A stretch of DNA of 63,046 bases, filler included. It is 5 parts of 5 records of this genome, joined end to end, with 100 filler letters (N's around TTAATTAATTAA, not from the genome) between each part and the next. Parts side by side here need not be neighbours in the genome. Positions count along the whole stretch, not along the records: positions 1 to 9,576 come from SRR20825010_5053; 4 more parts are not named here. One strand, 5' to 3'. Under the pieces are notes generated by a model. It saw nothing but the letters and a program-made list of their open reading frames with translations. It did no database searches and had not been told where the DNA came from. A program made the translations under genes and the position numbers. This document shows positions 1-8,392 of the stretch, piece by piece; within the stretch, counting starts at the first letter, position 1, and each line of letters begins with the position of its first letter.

Positions 1-312
1 GATCCGGCTGATGTGACTGTCGAGGTTCACGCGCACGGCGGGCCAGTTCAATCGCGATGCAACCTGTTCGATGTGCGTCGATTTGCCTGTGCCGTGATAG
101 CCTTGGATCATCACACGGCGGTTGCGGTTGAAGCCTGCAAGGATCGCCAACGTCGTATCGGGATCGAACTTGTAGGTGGAATCAAGGTCCGGCACCCGTG
201 CGGTGCGATCCGGAAAGCCATGGACAATCATGTCGCTGTCGATGCCAAACACCTCGCGGACAGAGATTTCCTCGGTCGGTTTCGCGTTGATATCGATCAT
301 CCCGTCGGCCAT
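1..312 (-). CDS. cobS: Cobaltochelatase subunit CobS (AAA+), N-terminal part; runs off window start
   Basis: Manual translation from ATG at 312: MADGMIDINAKPTEEISVREVFGIDSD...YKFDPDTTLAILAGF...RVMIQGYHGTGKSTHIEQVASRLNWPAVRVNLDSHISRI (Walker A GYHGTGKS); not in the ORF track. Confidence 0.93.
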   Translation of the reverse strand, partial: MADGMIDINAKPTEEISVREVFGIDSDMIVHGFPDRTARVPDLDSTYKFDPDTTLAILAGFNRNRRVMIQGYHGTGKSTHIEQVASRLNWPAVRVNLDSHISRI

Positions 313-404
313 GGTGCCCGCGTCCTTCTGTCAAATCTCTAATGCCTCGCGTTAGGTGCAACATATCTTGGCGAGGGGCAAGAGGAAGTGGTGAGGCCAT
401 CGGT

Positions 405-956
405 ATGACCGCGCAGGAAGAGATCGAAGCTTTGCTGGCCCGCGTGTCCCGCGGCGACCGGACCGCGTTCCGCAAGTTGTACGCGGCGACATCCTCGAAA
501 CTCTACGGCATCGCCTTGCGCATATTGCGCGATGAGGCGCTGGCGCAGGAGGTCATGGAAGAGGTGTTTACCGGCGTGTGGGAACGCGCCGCGCAGTATC
601 GTGGTGCGTTGGCCTCGCCGTTGACATGGCTGGTGACGATCACCCGCGACGCCTCTATCGCGCGGCTTGGGGCGGAACGCGCGGCGGGCCGGATGACCGG
701 TCCGGTGGAAATCACCGAGCGGCTGTATGCGCCCCGTCCCGAGGTCAAGGAGCTAGAGGGTCTGCGCGCAGAGGCACAGGCGCTGGAAACCTGTCTGCGC
801 GAATTGCCGCGCGCCCGCGCCGACATGCTGCGACAGGCCTATCTGTACGGGGCGACCTATGCCGATCTGGCGCGCAGCGCGGGGGCGTCGCAGGACAGTC
901 TGCGAGCGACATTGCGCGACGATTTGCTGGCGCTGCGCGACTGCCTGAGCCGATGA
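405..956 (+). CDS. ECF sigma-70 factor (SigK/RpoE-like), divergent
   Basis: GDRTAFRKLYAATSSKLYGIALRIL region 2 and a region-4 segment; ATGA overlap with the anti-sigma gene; start taken at ATG 405. Confidence 0.8.
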   Translation: MTAQEEIEALLARVSRGDRTAFRKLYAATSSKLYGIALRILRDEALAQEVMEEVFTGVWERAAQYRGALASPLTWLVTITRDASIARLGAERAAGRMTGPVEITERLYAPRPEVKELEGLRAEAQALETCLRELPRARADMLRQAYLYGATYADLARSAGASQDSLRATLRDDLLALRDCLSR

Positions 957-1636
957 AGACGACGTTGGACAGGGATGTGCCGGGCGGCTGGGAGGCCGGG
1001 GCAGCGGAATATTCGCTGGGTCTGATGCCCAAAGATGAGATCGCCGACTTCGAGACACATCTGGTGGCAGAGCCGGACCTGCAACAGGATGTCGCGGCAT
1101 GGGCGGAATATTTTGCCTGCTTCACCGATCTGATCCCCGAAGAGACACCACCGCCCCAAGTGCTGCGCCGGATCGAGGGCAAGGTGTTCGGTGCGGTCGA
1201 AAAAGCCCCGGTGTGGCAGCAGGTGTTGCCCTATCTGATTGGCGCGGTGGTCGGCGTGGCCCTGGCGTGGATTGTCTTTGCCTCCGGGCTGCTGGAACCC
1301 GACCGCCCGGTCCTGAGCGGTACATTGATCGGAGCCGATGGCGCGTTGACGCTGGAAGCGCGGTTTGATGCCTCGACTGGAGTGCTGACCGTGGTGCGAA
1401 CGTCCGACGGCGTTGCGGACGGTCGCGTGTTGGAGCTGTGGCTTTTGCCGGACGATGGCGTGCCGGTGTCGCTTGCGCTGTTGCGCAGTCAGGAAACGCT
1501 GGTTGCGCTGTCTCCGGACCTTGCGCGCGATTTCAGTGGTGCGGTGCTGCTGGTCAGCGAGGAGCCTGCGGGCGGTGCCCCACAGGGGCAACCGTCGTCC
1601 GGGCTGCGCGCCGAGGGCCGTCTGACCACGCCCTGA
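953..1636 (+). CDS. RskA-family anti-sigma factor
   Basis: AAEYSLGLM N-terminus, one TM helix, C-terminal LELWL...VSEEPAGGAP.GQP motif; translationally coupled to the sigma gene. Confidence 0.85.
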   Translation: MKTTLDRDVPGGWEAGAAEYSLGLMPKDEIADFETHLVAEPDLQQDVAAWAEYFACFTDLIPEETPPPQVLRRIEGKVFGAVEKAPVWQQVLPYLIGAVVGVALAWIVFASGLLEPDRPVLSGTLIGADGALTLEARFDASTGVLTVVRTSDGVADGRVLELWLLPDDGVPVSLALLRSQETLVALSPDLARDFSGAVLLVSEEPAGGAPQGQPSSGLRAEGRLTTP

Positions 1637-1754
1637 CTCGTCCGTGTTGCCGATTTACGACGCGCGTTGGCGTCACCGGCGGTGGGCGCTTGAAGCACAG
1701 GATCGCGCGGCTTAGCCGTTGGAGGGAACCCCAGTTGTTATTTTGGAAGTCACC

Positions 1755-2186
1755 ATGGTCCGCATTCGCCTGTCCACACTTGTCGCCGCTGCAATGATCT
1801 GTGCTGCCGGGGCGGCCCCCGCGCAGCAGACAGTTGTCGAGATCCCGGTCACTGCCGCATTCACCCAGAACACGCTGAATTGGGACGCCAGTATGGGTGG
1901 GGTGGATTTGGCGTGGGCAGTGTTGAACATCGGCGGTGTTGCGCATGTCTGTGGTGCCACCAGCGCCACTAGCAGCTTTGCCCACCGCAACACCCGCACC
2001 GCCTTTCGCAAGGCATGGATCAAGGTGAACGACCGCAAGGTCCTGACCGATCTCAGCTACTTTAACCGCACGCCGCGCAAGACCGATCTGACAACGGCCA
2101 AAGCCCGGTGCAAACCACTGGTTGGCGTGTCTGGACAGGGCGGGCAGTTCTTGCTGGGCTTTGATCCGGTCTGGGTTCGGGACTGA
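1755..2186 (+). CDS. Hypothetical secreted protein
   Basis: Signal peptide MVRIRLSTLVAAAMICAAGAAPA; host-like codon usage. Confidence 0.6.
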   Translation: MVRIRLSTLVAAAMICAAGAAPAQQTVVEIPVTAAFTQNTLNWDASMGGVDLAWAVLNIGGVAHVCGATSATSSFAHRNTRTAFRKAWIKVNDRKVLTDLSYFNRTPRKTDLTTAKARCKPLVGVSGQGGQFLLGFDPVWVRD

Positions 2187-2277
2187 CCCCGCTTTTCGCG
2201 GTATTTTGATCTCGCGCCTCGGACAGGTGCCGCCTATAAGAGCGCGGTCCGTTGCCCCAAATCCATAGGAGAGATCC

Positions 2278-3060
2278 ATGACCGGAGAGCTGTCCCCGAT
2301 CGACAAGGCGAAATTCGCGGCTGCCAAACAGGCGGCAAGCCTTGTGGAGACCGGCATGCGTGTGGGGCTGGGCACCGGCTCGACCGCGGCGTGGCTGGTT
2401 CGGTGCCTGGGGGAGTTGGTGCGCGAAGAGGGGCTGCGCTTTCGTGGCGTGCCGACCTCGACCCGCACCGCCGAACTGGCGCGGGATGTGGGGATCGAGG
2501 TGATCTCTCTGGATGAGGCGCGCTGGCTGGACATCACCATTGATGGCGCGGATGAATTCGACGGCGATCTCAACCTGATCAAGGGCGGCGGCGGCGCACT
2601 GCTGCAGGAAAAGATCGTGGCGACGGCGAGCGATCAGATGGTGGTCATCGCCGACGCGGCCAAGGAGGTCGAGCGGCTGGGGAGTTTTCCGCTGCCGGTC
2701 GAGGTGATCCCTTTTGGCCTGCAGACCTCGCAGGCGTTGATCGAAGAGACATTGGTGTCAATGGATGTGATGGGCCGTCAGACGACGCTGCGGATGAATG
2801 GCGACAAGCCGTTCTATACCGATGAGGGCAATCATATTCTGGACCTGCATCTGGGGCGGATCGGCAATGCGCGGCAGCTGGCCATGGTGCTCAATCAGAT
2901 CCCCGGCGTGGTCGAGAATGGGCTGTTCGTCGATATCTGCGACAAGGTGATCATTGGCTATGGCGACGGGCGCGTTGAGACCCGCGATATCAATGAAGGC
3001 ACCGTCAGTGAGGCGCAGCTGGAATTTGCCGAGGATGACAACATCTTTCGCGACCTCTGA
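2278..3060 (+). CDS. rpiA: Ribose-5-phosphate isomerase A
   Basis: GLGTGST, DGADE and KGGGGALLQEK motifs. Confidence 0.97.
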   Translation: MTGELSPIDKAKFAAAKQAASLVETGMRVGLGTGSTAAWLVRCLGELVREEGLRFRGVPTSTRTAELARDVGIEVISLDEARWLDITIDGADEFDGDLNLIKGGGGALLQEKIVATASDQMVVIADAAKEVERLGSFPLPVEVIPFGLQTSQALIEETLVSMDVMGRQTTLRMNGDKPFYTDEGNHILDLHLGRIGNARQLAMVLNQIPGVVENGLFVDICDKVIIGYGDGRVETRDINEGTVSEAQLEFAEDDNIFRDL

Positions 3061-3065
3061 GCGGG

Positions 3066-3085
3066 GCTGTCCACGCGTGGACAGC
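3066..3085. repeat. Perfect 20-bp palindrome GCTGTCCACGCGTGGACAGC
   Basis: Read directly, just after the rpiA stop. Confidence 0.85.
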
Positions 3086-3167
3086 GTAGCGCCTGTGTAA
3101 AAACAAGGGCTTACAGAGGCGTTTTTACGAACTGTTAGGGTTTGCCTTTGTCTTCGCGACGGCGTGT

Positions 3168-3189
3168 GCCGGGCTTAAGCCCGGCCTAC
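3168..3189 (-). repeat. GTAG-type REP-like element GTAG-GCCGGGCTTAAGCCCGGC
   Basis: 18-bp perfect palindrome preceded by GTAG on the minus strand. Confidence 0.65.
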
Positions 3190-3214
3190 CGCAAGGTTCG
3201 GAGGGGCGCGCGGA

Positions 3215-4477
3215 TCACTTGTCGCGCGGGTCCCAGTCGGCGGGTGGGGCGTCGCGGCGGGCCAGCCGCAGGGCCAGTCCCAAGGCCACGCCGACGGCTA
3301 TCGCCACGGTCAGATCCGCCAACACCGTCAACACCAGCGTCAGACCCAAAAGCACCACATCCGACCGGCGACCGGACATGTAGCCGCGCCATTTGTGCGG
3401 CTCTGACATGTTCCATGCGGTCAGGATCAGCAATCCGGCCAGCGCGGGCATCGCAAGTTTGCCAGCCAGAGGCGCGGCCACCAGCATCACCACAAGGATC
3501 GTCGTCGCATGGACCAGCCCGGCCACGGGTGTGCGGCCACCGGCGCGGACGTTTGTGGCGGTGCGGGCAATGGCCCCCGTCACTGGCAGGCCGCCAAACA
3601 AGGATGAACCGATATTGGCAGCCCCCTGTGCCAGCATCTCGGCATTGGGGCGGTGCTTTCCTTCGATCATGCGGTCAGCGACCATCGCCGACAGCAGCGA
3701 TTCCACCCCCGCCAGAAAGGCGATCACCACCGCCGAGGGCAGCAGTTCCTGCATTCGGGCCAGCGACAGTTCGGGCAGGGCGGGCGTGGGCAGGGTGGCG
3801 GGCAACGCCCCAAAGCGGGATTGGATCGTGTCCACGGGCAGCGCCAGCAGCGCCACAACGGCGGACCCCAACCCCACGGCCACCACCAGCCCCGGAAACC
3901 GGGGCGCGGCGCGGCGCAGCAGAACAATCAGGACCATCGTTCCCAGCCCGGTGGCCAGTGCGGCCCCGTTGAAGGTGTCGCGCGCGGCCCAGAGCGCCTC
4001 TATCTTGGGCAGGAAATCGGCCGGAACCTCTGCCATCGTCAGGCCCAGCAGATCCTTGAGTTGGCTGGCGGCGATGATCACGGCAATGCCGATGGTAAAG
4101 CCGTTGATGACCGGCTCTGGCACAAGTTCGATGAGCTTGCCGGCCTTGAGCACGCCTGCGATCAGCAGCAAGACCCCCGCCATCAAGGTGGCGATCACCA
4201 GCCCGTCATAGCCGTGGGCGATGATGGTGCCATAGACCACAACGATAAACGCGCCGGTTGGCCCGCCGATCTGCACCCGGCTGCCGCCCAGCAGCGACAC
4301 CAGAAAACCGCCGATGATGGCAGTCACCAATCCCGCCCCCGGATCGGCCCCCGAGGCGATGGCAATGGCGAGGCTGAGGGGCAGGGCAACCATGGCGACG
4401 GTCACGCCGGCCAGCGTGTCACGGGATAGGTCTGCGCGGCTGTAGCCGGGCAGAACCGTCATCAATTTGGGTTTCAT
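3215..4477 (-). CDS. SulP-family anion transporter lacking the STAS domain
   Basis: DTLAGVTVAMVALPLSLAIAIASG, GGSRVQIGGPTGAF, GAIARTATN; ends at 420 aa right after the last TM. Confidence 0.9.
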   Translation of the reverse strand: MKPKLMTVLPGYSRADLSRDTLAGVTVAMVALPLSLAIAIASGADPGAGLVTAIIGGFLVSLLGGSRVQIGGPTGAFIVVVYGTIIAHGYDGLVIATLMAGVLLLIAGVLKAGKLIELVPEPVINGFTIGIAVIIAASQLKDLLGLTMAEVPADFLPKIEALWAARDTFNGAALATGLGTMVLIVLLRRAAPRFPGLVVAVGLGSAVVALLALPVDTIQSRFGALPATLPTPALPELSLARMQELLPSAVVIAFLAGVESLLSAMVADRMIEGKHRPNAEMLAQGAANIGSSLFGGLPVTGAIARTATNVRAGGRTPVAGLVHATTILVVMLVAAPLAGKLAMPALAGLLILTAWNMSEPHKWRGYMSGRRSDVVLLGLTLVLTVLADLTVAIAVGVALGLALRLARRDAPPADWDPRDK

Positions 4478-4584
4478 GAGTTCAGGTTTTTTGAAATGTC
4501 TGAGCTCAACCTAACGTCTGGTTTTAGTCGCTGCAAATGCAGTAAAGTCGCAGGGGCGGGCGTGGCGGGCCAATTGTGTTTGTT

Positions 4585-5538
4585 TCAGGCGGTGATCAGC
4601 AGCCAGCCCATATAAGCGCCATAGGCCGCCAGCAGCGCCCCGGCCTCACGCCGTGAGACCCGCGCCCCTGTCGTGGCAAAGACCAGCAGTGCCACGGTTG
4701 CGGCGGCCATGACCCAGATGTCCACGTTCAGGATCTGGGCGGGCACCTGTATCGGGACCACTAGCGCCGTGATGCCCAGAATGCCGAGCAGGTTGAACAC
4801 GTTGCTGCCGATGACATTGCCGAGGGCGACCGCGCCTTCGCCGCGCCGGACAGCCATGACGGAGGTGACCAGTTCAGGCATCGAGGTGCCGATTGCGACG
4901 ATGGTCAGACCGATCACGGTCTCCGAGACCCCCATCGAGGCGGCAATCCCCACCGCGCCCTGTACCAGAAACCGCGCGCCTAGGACCGTCAGCACCAGCC
5001 CAGCGATTGTCAGCAGGGCATCGCGGCCTGTTCGGGCCGGGTGTTGGGCCAGCAGGTCCGCCTCGGCAGTGTAGATCGCGGCGGTTTCGCTGGCGCGGCG
5101 ACGTTCCAGCACAAGAGTCGTGAAGACATAGGCCACAAGCGCCAGCACAAAGACCGCGCCGGTTGCGCGGCCAATCGTGCCTTGGGTCATGGCCCACATC
5201 CCCAGTGCGGTGGCCCCGGCCAGCACCGCGCCGTCGCGCCACAACGCGCGGGTGTCCACCGCGATCGGGGCCAGCAGCGCAGCAACCCCGAGGATCAGCT
5301 GCACGTTGCCGATGTTGCTGCCCACCACGTTGCCCACGGCCAGACCGGGCGACCCGCTGAGTGCGGCTTGCAGGCTGGTCACAAGTTCCGGCGCGGAGGT
5401 GCCAAAGCCGACCAGCGTCAGGCCGATCACCAAGGGCGGTACGGACAGGCTGCGGGCAAGGTTGACCGCGCCGCGCACCAGCAGGTCTCCGCCCGCCACA
5501 AGGGCGATCAAGCCGCCCAGAACAAAGAGAAAGGTCAT
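4585..5538 (-). CDS. Calcium/sodium (CaCA, YrbG-like) antiporter
   Basis: Duplicated GTSAPE/GTSMPE and GNVVGSN/GNVIGSN alpha-repeats; start taken at ATG 5538. Confidence 0.92.
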   Translation of the reverse strand: MTFLFVLGGLIALVAGGDLLVRGAVNLARSLSVPPLVIGLTLVGFGTSAPELVTSLQAALSGSPGLAVGNVVGSNIGNVQLILGVAALLAPIAVDTRALWRDGAVLAGATALGMWAMTQGTIGRATGAVFVLALVAYVFTTLVLERRRASETAAIYTAEADLLAQHPARTGRDALLTIAGLVLTVLGARFLVQGAVGIAASMGVSETVIGLTIVAIGTSMPELVTSVMAVRRGEGAVALGNVIGSNVFNLLGILGITALVVPIQVPAQILNVDIWVMAAATVALLVFATTGARVSRREAGALLAAYGAYMGWLLITA

Positions 5539-5721
5539 GATGTCCGTTCTGTCATGAAAGGTGCCGAAGGGGCACAGCGCCAAGATGGGGGTGCGCGGCT
5601 GCGCTACAAGTCCCAGCGCCCCGTTGGGCCACGCGGCTGTGACGGATGCGGGCCATTCGCTGTCTGGCTTTCCCGGGCTGCCTGTGAAATACACCTTGGC
5701 GGGTCAGGCAAGGATGCAGAT

Positions 5722-7161
5722 ATGAGCGATTTCGACTACGATCTCTTTGTCATCGGCGGCGGTTCTGGCGGCGTGCGCGCGGCGCGTGTTGCGGCGGGTG
5801 AGACCGGGGCCAAGGTGGGTCTGGCAGAGATGGACCGCTATGGCGGCACCTGCGTGATCCGCGGCTGTGTGCCGAAAAAGCTGATGGTGTTTGCCAGCGA
5901 ATACGCCGGGATGCCCGCCGAGGCGCGCGCCTATGGCTGGGACGTGGCGGATGGCGTGTTTGACTGGACGGCGTTTCGCGGCAAGCTGGACGCGGAACTG
6001 GACCGGCTGGAGGGCGTGTATCGCAAGCTGCTGGCCGGGTCCGGTGTCGATAGCTTTGACGCCCGCGCGCGGCTGAAGGATGCGCACACAGTCGAGCTGT
6101 CCACCGGCGACGTGAAGACGGCCAAGCATATCCTGATCGCCAGCGGCGGGCGGCCTGTGCGGCCGGACATGCCGAATGCCGATCTGGGCATGGTGTCGGA
6201 CGATCTGTTCCATATGGAGCGGTTGCCGAAGTCGATCCTGATCATCGGTGGCGGCTATATCGCGTGTGAGTTCGCCTGTATCCTGCATGGGTTGGGTGTC
6301 GAGGTGACGCAGTATTATCGCGGCGCGCAGATCCTGCGCGGCTTTGACGAAGAGGCGCGCGGGTTGATTGCCGATGCGATGAAGGAGCGCGGTATCGACC
6401 TGCACACCGGCACCAACATCGTCGAGATGCAGCGCGCGGGCGACGCGGACAAAGAACTGGAGGCCGCGCCGGTCGAAGCGATGCAATATGGTGGCGACGA
6501 CCATGTGGGCCCCAGCGACGGCGCGATCCGCGTCAAGGCGACCAACGGCAAGATCCGCGAGTTCGACGCGGTTCTGTTTGCGACGGGCCGCGCGCCCAAC
6601 ACTTCTGACATGGGGCTGGAAGAGGCCGGTGTCACGCTGGGCCGGAGCGGGGCCATCGAGGTGGATGAGTACAGCCAGAGCAAGGTGCCCTCGGTCTATG
6701 CCATCGGCGATGTGACCAACCGGGTGAACCTGACCCCGGTGGCGATCCGCGAGGGCATGGCCTTTGTCGAGACGGTGTTCAAGGGCAACCCGACACCGGT
6801 CGATCACGAGCTGATCCCCAGCGCGGTGTTCACCCAGCCCGAGATGGGCACCATCGGCCTGACCGAAGAGGCTGCGGCAGAGCAGGAAGAGATCGAGGTG
6901 TACTGCACCTCTTTCCGGCCCATGCAGACCGCCTTTGCCGACAAACCCGACCGCGTTTTGATGAAACTGATCGTCTCCAAGGCCTCGCGCAAGGTGCTGG
7001 GATGTCATATCGTGGCACCGGGAGCGGGGGAGATGATCCAGCTGGCGGGTATCGCCATCAAGATGGGCGCAACCAAGGAAGATTTCGACCGGACAGTGGC
7101 GGTGCATCCGACAATGTCCGAGGAAATGGTGACGATGCGCAATCCGACCCGGACCGCTTGA
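5722..7161 (+). CDS. gor: Glutathione-disulfide reductase
   Basis: GGGSGG FAD motif, GGTCVIRGCVPKK redox centre, HPTMSEE C-terminal motif. Confidence 0.95.
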   Translation: MSDFDYDLFVIGGGSGGVRAARVAAGETGAKVGLAEMDRYGGTCVIRGCVPKKLMVFASEYAGMPAEARAYGWDVADGVFDWTAFRGKLDAELDRLEGVYRKLLAGSGVDSFDARARLKDAHTVELSTGDVKTAKHILIASGGRPVRPDMPNADLGMVSDDLFHMERLPKSILIIGGGYIACEFACILHGLGVEVTQYYRGAQILRGFDEEARGLIADAMKERGIDLHTGTNIVEMQRAGDADKELEAAPVEAMQYGGDDHVGPSDGAIRVKATNGKIREFDAVLFATGRAPNTSDMGLEEAGVTLGRSGAIEVDEYSQSKVPSVYAIGDVTNRVNLTPVAIREGMAFVETVFKGNPTPVDHELIPSAVFTQPEMGTIGLTEEAAAEQEEIEVYCTSFRPMQTAFADKPDRVLMKLIVSKASRKVLGCHIVAPGAGEMIQLAGIAIKMGATKEDFDRTVAVHPTMSEEMVTMRNPTRTA

Positions 7162-7222
7162 ATTTGCGGGCGCCGGGCACAGGTAACATAACACATCGAC
7201 AGACGAGGAAGGACGGAAGTTC

Positions 7223-8392
7223 ATGGCAGGTAACAGCGGCGGCCCCTGGGGGGGTGGCGGTGGCAACCAGAACGGTGGTGGCAACGGTCAACGCCCGCCC
7301 AGTGGCGGCGGTGGCGGCGGCGGACGACGTCCGGAAGACAGCCAGATCCCCGAGATCGACGAGCTGATGAAAAAAGGCCAGGAACGCTTGCGCGTTCTGA
7401 TGGGCGGGCGCGGCGGCGGATCGGGCAACAACGGCGCTGGCGGCAGCGGCGGCGGCTCGGGTGGTCCCGGCCTGACGCGGGGCACCGTGGGCATCGGCGT
7501 GCTGGTGTTGTTCGGTTTGTGGGCCTTTGCCAGCGTCTATACCGTGCGGCCAGAAGAGCAGTCGGTCGAATTGTTCCTTGGCACCTATTCGAACACCGGC
7601 AATCCGGGTCTGAACATCGCGCCTTGGCCGTTTGTGACCTATGAGGTTGTCAACGTGACCTCGGAGCGGACCGAAACCGTGGGCGCAGGCCGTGGTGGCA
7701 ACGACGGTCTGATGCTGACCACCGATGCGAACATCGTCGACATCGATTTCCAGGTGGTCTGGAACATCTCGGATCCTGCCAAGCTGCTGTTCAACATCCG
7801 CGATCCGCAACTGACGGTTCAGGCGGTGTCGGAATCGGTGATGCGTGAGATCATCGCGGCGTCGACCCTTGCCCCGATCCTCAACCGTGACCGTGGTGCG
7901 ATTGCCGACGGTGCGCGTGAGCAGATTCAGGCAACGCTGGACGAATACGACAGTGGTATCAGCATCGTTCGGATCAACCTCGACAATGCCGACCCGCCGG
8001 GTGAAGTGATCGATGCCTTCCGCGCCGTTCAATCGGCCGAGCAGGAACGTGATCGGCTGGAACGTCAGGCTGACGCCTATGCCAACCGTGTCGTTGCCGA
8101 GGCACGCGGTGCAGCGGCCCAGACCCGCGAAGAGGCTGAAGGCTATCGGGCGCAGGTCGTGAACCAAGCGGTCGGTGAGGCCGCGCGCTTTACCAGCGTT
8201 CAGCAGGAATACGCGCTGGCTCCTGAGGTCACGCGCCGCCGTCTGTATATTGAGACGATGGAAAGCGTGCTGGGATCGGTCGACAAGATGATCCTCGACA
8301 ATTCGGTGACCAATGGTGGCGGGGCTGCCGGTGGCGGCGTCGTGCCGTATCTGCCGCTGAATGAACTTCGCCGCAGCGGAGGGAACAACTGA
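7223..8392 (+). CDS. hflK: FtsH protease modulator HflK
   Basis: Gly-rich N-terminus, SPFH domain MLTTDANIVDIDF, YALAPEVTRRRLYIETME. Confidence 0.96.
   Translation: MAGNSGGPWGGGGGNQNGGGNGQRPPSGGGGGGGRRPEDSQIPEIDELMKKGQERLRVLMGGRGGGSGNNGAGGSGGGSGGPGLTRGTVGIGVLVLFGLWAFASVYTVRPEEQSVELFLGTYSNTGNPGLNIAPWPFVTYEVVNVTSERTETVGAGRGGNDGLMLTTDANIVDIDFQVVWNISDPAKLLFNIRDPQLTVQAVSESVMREIIAASTLAPILNRDRGAIADGAREQIQATLDEYDSGISIVRINLDNADPPGEVIDAFRAVQSAEQERDRLERQADAYANRVVAEARGAAAQTREEAEGYRAQVVNQAVGEAARFTSVQQEYALAPEVTRRRLYIETMESVLGSVDKMILDNSVTNGGGAAGGGVVPYLPLNELRRSGGNN

Noticed and set aside
13-342. 109-aa plus-strand ORF
   Set aside because: Antisense shadow of cobS, which is on the minus strand (1-312)
5041-5721. 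Apparent 227-aa N-terminal extension of Gor (706-aa ORF)
   Set aside because: Overlaps the antiporter gene on the opposite strand; the real start is ATG 5722 with an AAGGA SD
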